Shown: positions 9,653-15,708 of the stretch, piece after piece
Layout: every line of letters begins with the position of its first letter
How positions within the stretch are numbered: position 1 is the stretch's first letter
Assembly (NCBI RefSeq): GCF_000018105.1
Contig: NC_009927.1
Coordinates: 210,001 to 242,000 of the forward strand
Source of the DNA: Acaryochloris marina MBIC11017
GTDB taxonomy: Bacteria; Cyanobacteriota; Cyanobacteriia; Thermosynechococcales; Thermosynechococcaceae
Direction: 5' to 3'
DNA: 32,000 nt
Notes under the pieces: generated by a model
Databases searched by the model: none
What the model saw: the letters and a program-made list of their open reading frames with translations, nothing else
What the model was told of the DNA's origin: nothing
Program-made: the position numbers and the translations under genes

Positions 9653-9802
9653 TTAGTCTTGAAATCGTTTTGGAATGAGCCGAGAAAGGACCACCAAAGC
9701 ACCGATTGACAGCGCAAAAGTGGTAATTGAAAAGAGGGTCATACTTATGGAACCGTCTAGACCCGAAAGTATTGCGGTGTAGTTGTTTGAGAGTGAAAGC
9801 AT
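9653..9802 (-). CDS. Possible 49-aa single-TM peptide (below the ORF-track cutoff)
   Basis: Hand translation gives MLSLSNNYTAILSGLDGSISMTLFSITTFALSIGALVVLSRLIPKRFQD*. It has an ATG start and only a weak AAGAG upstream. It fills the gap between the 297-aa gene and the pilin gene. Confidence 0.3.
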   Translation of the reverse strand: MLSLSNNYTAILSGLDGSISMTLFSITTFALSIGALVVLSRLIPKRFQD

Positions 9803-9835
9803 AATCTCTTTTTTGCAGTTTGCAGATTGAAAAAA

Positions 9836-10729
9836 TTACCGACTTACGCCGCCATGGCCTAACAAGTCGTCATAGGTCTTCTGAGGTAAATGTGAATACT
9901 TCAATGCCTTTTCGACTGATGCCCCTCGTCTTAGGTATCGGGCCGCTGACTGAGCTTGCCAGTAGAGTTTGTGATTGCGGTTTATCTGTCGCAATCCTCT
10001 AGCCCGGTGCAATCCCCTAATCAGGTAATTGGCTAAGGCCTTGTTGTCCAACGTCGATCGGTCAATCAGGATCCGTCCCGTGGTTGAGACCTTGGCGACT
10101 CGCCGAACCAGCTTCGGAGATTGTCTAATCTGAACAGGCCTAGGGGCCTTAGCACTGGGATCTGATACCTTCACAGGAAAACTAGACCGGGGGCTGGAAG
10201 GCTTGGGGGGCTTAACCGAGAGAGTCACCGGCTTATTAATCGGTGCGTTTTCCTGGCCTGAATGAACGACTTCCAAGCGAGGGAACTGCTGAAACCCCTT
10301 ATTGACCGGTGGGGCAGTTGCCACTAAAGGCTGGGCTGGCCCCGCTGTGTACATGGTCAGGATGTTATCAGGGGCCTCGCCGACCCGAGTAATCCGGTAA
10401 CGCAGAGATTTAGTGCCCAATGGTCCCGAGACCTTCAACACCAAAGAGGCCGATTTTGCGGTACTGCCTTTCACCCATCGGAGGACTAGTTGATCTCTCT
10501 CTGCCTGAGAGGGAGCTAAGGCCCTGAACTCCGTATGGTCACTTGAACGGGCCTCTAGAACCGTGTAGCCGGTTTCACTGAGATCAAGAAAGTGATCCGT
10601 TTCCCCGGACACTTCTAGATTCTGTGCCTTATTAAAGGCCTCGCCGATCACCAAAGAGGCAGGGTTCGCTAGTCCGGGTAATGCGGTTAATGCCACTAGG
10701 CCTAAAGTCGATAATGTTGTTTTGAACAT
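9836..10729 (-). CDS. Secreted protein: signal peptide, beta-rich domain, Pro-rich linker and a basic helical C-terminal module
   Basis: 297 aa with signal peptide MFKTTLSTLGLVALTALPGLANP. The C-terminus ARYLRRGASVEKALKYSHLPQKTYDDLLGHGGVSR recurs twice upstream (12142.. and 12396..). Confidence 0.6.
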   Translation of the reverse strand: MFKTTLSTLGLVALTALPGLANPASLVIGEAFNKAQNLEVSGETDHFLDLSETGYTVLEARSSDHTEFRALAPSQAERDQLVLRWVKGSTAKSASLVLKVSGPLGTKSLRYRITRVGEAPDNILTMYTAGPAQPLVATAPPVNKGFQQFPRLEVVHSGQENAPINKPVTLSVKPPKPSSPRSSFPVKVSDPSAKAPRPVQIRQSPKLVRRVAKVSTTGRILIDRSTLDNKALANYLIRGLHRARGLRQINRNHKLYWQAQSAARYLRRGASVEKALKYSHLPQKTYDDLLGHGGVSR

Positions 10730-12158
10730 AGGTTGAGTACCTGTCTAATTTTTTGGATGGCTGGGAAGAACGGATCCGTCCTTCCTTTGTGGTTGGCCCT
10801 CTTACGCTGTCCCTTCGGAGGACATGAAAAAGCCCGGTGGCATAGTGTACGGCTCCCTTTAAGAAACCAAAGGCGAAGGGTAAAACCCCAGAAAAACCAG
10901 GCAGGGAAGAGAGGATCCGTTCTTCCTTGGTGGGGTCTGAAGTGGGCATATCTGCAGATCGGCCCTCGAAAACGGTCTCTAAATCCAGACCGAGACCTGG
11001 CCGATTTATGCCTGTTTCACTCTGCTTAAGCAGGGGGCAATCTACCAGAGCATCAACCATCGACTGAACCGGCGTAACAACGGCTTGAATGGCTCGACCA
11101 ATCCGACCGCCCAGCCGTACAGCATCCACACGAGGCAATATTGGAAAGACCCGTCTAACAACTACTTCAGGGATTGCCAGGACTTCGGGGGTCTCTACGC
11201 TGGTATCGCCTGCTAAGAATTCGTGGACAGTACTTTTGGCTTTTTTGATGAACTGACGGACTCTCTCAGGTCCTACACCGTGTCTTTCACCAATCTCCTT
11301 AGCGCTGTACCCTTCAATCCGACTGGTCACTGCATCAACATGCTTGGACTCTAGACGCCCGCTCTCTTCTAAGGCTTGAAGAATATCAGCCTGTTCTGTG
11401 GATAGAGCATAGGCCCAAGGATCGCAGCTGTGATCAACTAATGCGCTCTCATATTGGATGGTGGAATCTTCATCAATCAAGCCACTGAGGCTTAGGGATT
11501 GGGTAAAGTTCTTTGCCATCAGGGCATTTAAGACCGTTTGCACCGTTAAATTGCTTTGTTCTGCAATCTCTTCGACGCTGGGTTCCCGACCCAAGGCATT
11601 AGTCAAAAATGCTGCCGCCTCATTAACAGCGGATACATTACGGGACACTTCCCGACTGATGCCCGCTTCACTGCAATACCTCTTTTGAATCTCAGTCCGC
11701 AGAACCCAACTGAAATAGGTAATAAAACGATGTCCTTTGGACTCGTCGTACTTCTTTGCTGCAATGTCTACCGCCGCCTCACCAGAACAGACTAAGGCTT
11801 GACGGTCTATGCTCCGGTCATAACGCTGGGATGCAGTGACGATAAACCCTTTATATTCCTTGATTAACTGGCGTAATGCCCGAGGATTGCCGACTCTAAC
11901 TTTTTGGATTAGATCTAGTTCCTGATCGAAGGTTAATCGGCTATCTGATTTTGGTTCTTGCGTAAATCTGCCTATCATATCCATGAGCCTTGAATTGGTA
12001 GTAGGTTTGAGGCTTTCAGGCTTTGGCGGTGTCGAGATCGTCGAGGCCTGTTTTTGTTCGGTAGGTTCTTCCTTGATCTCCATTGAAGAAACATAGGCAG
12101 AATGGCCCTTAAGGTGCAAATTTGCCTTAATGGTGAGGGTTTCAGCGATCGACGACAC
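10632..12158 (-). CDS. Sigma-70 family RNA polymerase sigma factor with a roughly 190-aa C-terminal extension; start codon uncertain
   Basis: Region 2 reads YDESKGHRFITYFSWVLRTEIQKRY and region 4 HTH reads GYSAKEIGERHGVGPERVRQFIKKA. The extension contains RVDAVRLGGRIGRA (11091..11132) and a hydrophobic stretch LPGFSGVLPFAFGFLKGAV. The track start is GTG at 12158. Alternative ATGs at 11984 and 11978 (MDMIG...) match the MIG start of the paralog at 21600. The last 98 nt overlap the next gene. Confidence 0.8.
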   Translation of the reverse strand: MSSIAETLTIKANLHLKGHSAYVSSMEIKEEPTEQKQASTISTPPKPESLKPTTNSRLMDMIGRFTQEPKSDSRLTFDQELDLIQKVRVGNPRALRQLIKEYKGFIVTASQRYDRSIDRQALVCSGEAAVDIAAKKYDESKGHRFITYFSWVLRTEIQKRYCSEAGISREVSRNVSAVNEAAAFLTNALGREPSVEEIAEQSNLTVQTVLNALMAKNFTQSLSLSGLIDEDSTIQYESALVDHSCDPWAYALSTEQADILQALEESGRLESKHVDAVTSRIEGYSAKEIGERHGVGPERVRQFIKKAKSTVHEFLAGDTSVETPEVLAIPEVVVRRVFPILPRVDAVRLGGRIGRAIQAVVTPVQSMVDALVDCPLLKQSETGINRPGLGLDLETVFEGRSADMPTSDPTKEERILSSLPGFSGVLPFAFGFLKGAVHYATGLFHVLRRDSVRGPTTKEGRIRSSQPSKKLDRYSTYVQNNIIDFRPSGINRITRTSEPCLFGDRRGL

Positions 12159-12215
12159 CGTGATCTAGGAAGTCATCAAAGGTCTTTTGAGGCAGTCGGG
12201 ACCAGCGCAACAATT
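12096..12215. repeat. Direct repeat, copy A (partner 12350..12470)
   Basis: A 79-nt core, ggcagaatggcccttaaggtgcaaatttgccttaatggtgagggtttcagcgatcgacgacaccgtgatctaggaagtc, is 73/79 identical by my count to the copy 254 nt downstream. Similarity continues more weakly for about 40 nt (ggcagtcgggaccag[c/t]gcaaca). Confidence 0.85.
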
Positions 12216-12314
12216 TCTCAATGGATACGCCGCTTTTGAGGTGGCGGGATTGGCGAGGGCCGACGTGGATGTGATCGCCAACAGTCCCAGTGACATTAAT
12301 GTGGTTTTGATCAT
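12142..12314 (-). pseudogene. Internally deleted, frameshifted paralog of the 297-aa secreted protein
   Basis: ATG 12314 opens MIKTTLMSLGLLAITSTSALANPATS... (compare MFKTTLSTLGLVALTALPGLANPASL) and stops after 49 aa (TAG 12165..12167). A different frame encodes RHLKSGVSIEKLLRWSRLPQKTFDDFLDHGVVDR* (stop 12142..12144), homologous to the C-terminus of 9836..10729. That frame has no ATG. Confidence 0.5.
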
Positions 12315-12349
12315 TTTCTATGTGGCCGATGAGCTACATAGGAAGGGTA

Positions 12350-12470
12350 GGCAGAATGGCCCTTGAGGTGCAAATTTGCCTTAACGGTAGGGGTTTCAGC
12401 GATCGATGCCACCGTGATCTAGGAAGTCCTTCAATGTTGTTTTTGGCAGTCGGGACCAGTGCAACATTGT
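12350..12470. repeat. Direct repeat, copy B (partner 12096..12215)
   Basis: See copy A. This copy carries the 3' end of ORF 12396..12635 plus a truncated sigma-N-terminus-like 33-codon frame (GTG 12412 to TGA 12311). Confidence 0.85.
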
Positions 12471-12635
12471 TTCATCCTCATATCTTGCCAGGGTTAATGC
12501 CTGAGTCTTCCGCTCAATCCGCTCCACCAAGCCCTGCTTAAGGGCCTGTTTTGCTGCTCTAATTTGACTTTGCTTAAAAGGAGTAAATTTATCCAAAGAT
12601 TTGACAACCGTGAAGATAGTCCATTTCGATTTCAA
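12396..12635 (-). CDS. Small protein or gene remnant carrying the third copy of the C-terminal LPxxT..DHGG.xR module
   Basis: 79 codons with a TTG start and no in-frame upstream ATG. An in-frame stop lies at 12648..12650, exactly at the GC-to-AT compositional boundary. The C-terminus is ARYEDETMLHWSRLPKTTLKDFLDHGGIDR*. Confidence 0.35.
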   Translation of the reverse strand: MKSKWTIFTVVKSLDKFTPFKQSQIRAAKQALKQGLVERIERKTQALTLARYEDETMLHWSRLPKTTLKDFLDHGGIDR

Positions 12636-12724
12636 CTCTTTTATGAATTAAGAAAAAATAATCATTTCTAATAAAACAAACTGAGATTCAATAATAGGAT
12701 CAATGAGACATAAAAATTTATGCA

Positions 12725-13444
12725 ATGAATGGAATTATTACAGCACTAATAGGTGCTCTTATTGGTGGAGCAATAGGTTTTTATACATCACTTTACATGA
12801 AGTACTTAGAGAAAAAGGAATTTATTCTACGGAATTATATTAATCACTTAAAAATCGCTAATGAAGAATTATTTATCAGAATCAATGTATTGCTGAATCT
12901 GAGGCAAAGCAGAAAGCTAGAAATTATTGACATTTCTAGCTTCCAAGAATTAGAAGATAAAAATACTGAATGGTATAACGAAGAAGGTGCATTTTTTGGC
13001 ACCACAGCCTACTTTTTATGTTGGTTATTTTTTTCTATAGATCTTATAAAAAGAGAGATACCACATTTCAAGCTAAGGAAAGTCAAATCAAATATAGTAA
13101 TGAATTCTCTCTTTGATTTACAACATGTTTTTTTAAAAGATTTTGGAATATATTATGCCATTCAAATGAGCATAGGTCGTGAGATGGAAAACCCAGATGG
13201 ACGGGTAATTAGCTACAGACAATTTGTCGAGAAGCTCCAAGACTATAATTCACGAATATGGTTCAAACGCATAGTTTGTTTCATCCTTGATTTCAAAAAT
13301 GGAAACAGATTTAGGCAATTTCAAGAAATCTATAAATATTCCTATGAGTTAGCAAAAGTTCTTGACGCGATTACAGAATCTGAAGGAACACTTGATTCCA
13401 GGCTCTCAAAAGAATCATTGCCTTTATTTGGGACTAAATTTTAG
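12725..13444 (+). CDS. Hypothetical 2-TM protein in the AT-rich islet
   Basis: 239 aa with an ATG start. The N-terminal glycine-zipper TM is IITALIGALIGGAIGFYTSLY and the second hydrophobic helix is AFFGTTAYFLCWLFFSIDLI (about aa 88-108). The rest looks helical and Lys/Glu/Asn-rich. I recognised no family. Confidence 0.6.
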   Translation: MNGIITALIGALIGGAIGFYTSLYMKYLEKKEFILRNYINHLKIANEELFIRINVLLNLRQSRKLEIIDISSFQELEDKNTEWYNEEGAFFGTTAYFLCWLFFSIDLIKREIPHFKLRKVKSNIVMNSLFDLQHVFLKDFGIYYAIQMSIGREMENPDGRVISYRQFVEKLQDYNSRIWFKRIVCFILDFKNGNRFRQFQEIYKYSYELAKVLDAITESEGTLDSRLSKESLPLFGTKF

Positions 13445-13472
13445 GTTATTCGTATTGACATCTCTATTTCTA

Positions 13473-13712
13473 TCACCCCCAGATCCGAGCCACACTCTCT
13501 CGTCCCAGATACACTCCCACCATCTCCTCAATCCGCTCAATAGTTTCCCCTGGCCGCAGACTCAATACCTGCAACACATCAAACGTGTCCTCCAGTTCCA
13601 GCGCGCACTCAAAGCAGAACTCAGGACTTGCAAACGGAATTCTGATGAATGGCTTCCCAGTCCCTTCCACGGTAATCCAGTATTGCCCTGAATTGCTTCG
13701 GGAAACGGTCAA
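13473..13712 (-). CDS. Hypothetical ORF or remnant in a GC-normal spacer between the two AT-rich blocks
   Basis: 79 codons from a TTG start. The frame stays open upstream to 13787 but contains no ATG. No family was recognised. Confidence 0.2.
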   Translation of the reverse strand: MTVSRSNSGQYWITVEGTGKPFIRIPFASPEFCFECALELEDTFDVLQVLSLRPGETIERIEEMVGVYLGRESVARIWG

Positions 13713-13852
13713 GTACTCAAGCTGGCCCTCTAGCTTGATTGGCTGGATAAGATTCTGTTGACTGCGCTCAAGGCGTAGAATTTGGACTCAAAGGCTCTGG
13801 ATACTCTGGGATGTCGGGCTCTGCTTGTAGTTTGCCGAGCTGAAAAAGCTCA

Positions 13853-13911
13853 TTTCTGTTGACTGGAGCTGTTAAAATTGTTGCAATACTAACAGCTCCA
13901 GTCAACAGAAA
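13853..13911. repeat. Perfect 22-bp inverted repeat with a 15-nt spacer
   Basis: The left arm tttctgttgactggagctgtta (13853..13874) and right arm taacagctccagtcaacagaaa (13890..13911) are exact reverse complements. It lies 67 nt downstream of the stop of 13978..15708. On the minus strand a T5 run begins 6 nt after the stem. Confidence 0.9.
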
Positions 13912-13977
13912 ACGATGGTTTATTTTGCCGTAGAAATATAAACCAAAATCTCCTAATTTTAATCCATACCAACATCT

Positions 13978-15708
13978 TCAGGAATCAGCTCTGATATCTT
14001 TTAAATCTATTTGAATTTTTTCAAGTAAGAGTTTTTGATCAATAAACTTATCTAGGCCATAAGGCAAAGTTGGTCCAAAATGTCCTAAATCTGGAATAGA
14101 ATAACCTCGGAATGTAGACATAAGAATAACTTCACTATATGAAAAACTAAGTGAATCATCTACATAGGAAGGGCTTCTCGAAAATAGTTCTTTATATAAA
14201 TCTCTCGTAAATATTTTTTTAACCCCTATTTCCTTAGAATCTAGTAACAGGTCTTCTAGCAGGCGAATAGCATTTTTTTCTACAAGGCAAATTTTGCGCT
14301 CTGTGAGTTCTTCTACAGAAATGCCCCAGCGTTCTGATATTTCGCTAGCTGAGTAGCAACTCCTGTAATTCCATTCACGTTTAGCTGAATAATATTCAGC
14401 ATAGAGCGAGTAAAATAATGCGCTGGCATAAAGCTCAACACGTTTGAGAGAAGTAATTTCCTCTTCAACTTCTTGAAGTATGGGCGGTAACTCTTCAATA
14501 TCAATAACAACTAAATTTTCCTTTTTCCCTAACAATAAAGAAAATTTAGACTTATTTTTAATCAAATAATCTACAAGATCTTCAGGAATTTCAACAGTAA
14601 CTTTTACACTGCCTTCTTCTACATCTTCTATAGAAATCTTTTTGACATCCACTCCCAAAAAACCAGCAAGGGTATACTTGAGTTTCTCATCACATTGCAA
14701 TTCTAAGAATTTTTCTAACTCTAGATCAAGAGTTATCCTAACTTTTTTTTTCATGGATTGATTTGATGCTAGATTCTCTATGTTTGCTGAGCTTGTTAAT
14801 TGGAAGATGGAACCCAAGATCCCTGTCTTAATCAGGGAATAAGTAAATGCTGCCGCAGCATTACACGCATACTCTGTCCATTCAGAACTACGCTTATAAC
14901 CTACAATATCACTCAAAGACCGTATAGCAAGGACAGGATATATTCGTTCTCCCCTCCAAGCTGCTCTATAAACTCCACCTAGCTCCATTTCTACGTTTGA
15001 AACAGAACGAGCACAATCTTGCCACTGCTGAATAATATCAATATTTTTCACGAGAAAGTTACTACTAGCTGTAGGAGCTACTCGATAGATTGGTTGACGT
15101 TTTGTCGATGTATCACAAAAATGATGTCTAATTGATTCATGAACTTTTTCTTTCCATTCAAGATCACCATAGTATGCATTATCGTTAATATCTTCCGGAA
15201 CATTAACAACAGGCATCTCTTGAGAAATAGAGGTTACTGAATTCCATTCTCCAAGTTGATTCTTGTATGCTGATATAACTTCAAGAATCCTACTGACACT
15301 AGGGTGTATCGGCCCTCCACTAGTATTATTTTCTATAGATCTATCTGGATTTATTGCAGAAACAGAGAAGTCATAAAGGCGACTTGCCAGAATTATGTCA
15401 CCCAAAGTGTATTCTATTGCTGGAACACCCCCCGCGATACCCACTAAAACTAGTAATTTTGGCTTTATATCTTCAATCAGATCATTTGTAATCTGTTGCG
15501 CTGCACCCTGACCTTGCTCTAGGCAGCGAGTAAGGACAATACTATATTCACATCCACCAGGAGTAGAGACCTGGCTAAAAATATATATATGTCTACCTCC
15601 AGCTACACCAGTCCAGGATTCAAATCGACAGAGAACTGCATCAAACTCTTCTTGCTTAATTGTAATAATGGCAAAATCAACATTGTTCTTAATAGATTCA
15701 ATCTTCAT
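13978..15708 (-). CDS. PNP/MTAN-fold nucleosidase domain, small adaptor-like module and a sigma-70 region-4-like HTH C-terminal region
   Basis: 576 aa with an ATG start. Phosphorylase-superfamily landmarks occur in order: DFAIITIKQEEF, LLVLVGIAGG, SNVEMELGGVY, LAIRSLSD. The middle segment is VRITLDLELEKFLE...EEGSVKVTVEIPEDLVDYL. The C-terminal YSASEISERWGISVEELTE is 9/19 identical to region 4 of the neighbouring sigma factor (YSAKEIGERHGVGPERVRQ). Confidence 0.65.
   Translation of the reverse strand: MKIESIKNNVDFAIITIKQEEFDAVLCRFESWTGVAGGRHIYIFSQVSTPGGCEYSIVLTRCLEQGQGAAQQITNDLIEDIKPKLLVLVGIAGGVPAIEYTLGDIILASRLYDFSVSAINPDRSIENNTSGGPIHPSVSRILEVISAYKNQLGEWNSVTSISQEMPVVNVPEDINDNAYYGDLEWKEKVHESIRHHFCDTSTKRQPIYRVAPTASSNFLVKNIDIIQQWQDCARSVSNVEMELGGVYRAAWRGERIYPVLAIRSLSDIVGYKRSSEWTEYACNAAAAFTYSLIKTGILGSIFQLTSSANIENLASNQSMKKKVRITLDLELEKFLELQCDEKLKYTLAGFLGVDVKKISIEDVEEGSVKVTVEIPEDLVDYLIKNKSKFSLLLGKKENLVVIDIEELPPILQEVEEEITSLKRVELYASALFYSLYAEYYSAKREWNYRSCYSASEISERWGISVEELTERKICLVEKNAIRLLEDLLLDSKEIGVKKIFTRDLYKELFSRSPSYVDDSLSFSYSEVILMSTFRGYSIPDLGHFGPTLPYGLDKFIDQKLLLEKIQIDLKDIRADS

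Noticed and set aside
10632-10729. The 98-nt overlap of the sigma-508 3' end with the 297-aa gene, as evidence for programmed frameshifting
   Set aside because: I saw no slippery heptamer or downstream structure at the overlap. A simple overlap, or an over-extended sigma ORF, is more parsimonious.
13362-13691. 109-aa plus-strand ORF overlapping the end of the 2-TM gene
   Set aside because: It starts inside 12725..13444 in another frame and runs through the GC-normal spacer. The Ser/Pro/Leu-rich product has no motif and no start signal.
14313-14982. ORFs 14313..14510(-) and 14800..14982(+) inside the nucleosidase gene
   Set aside because: These are alternative-frame or antisense ORFs in AT-rich DNA within a well-supported 576-aa frame.
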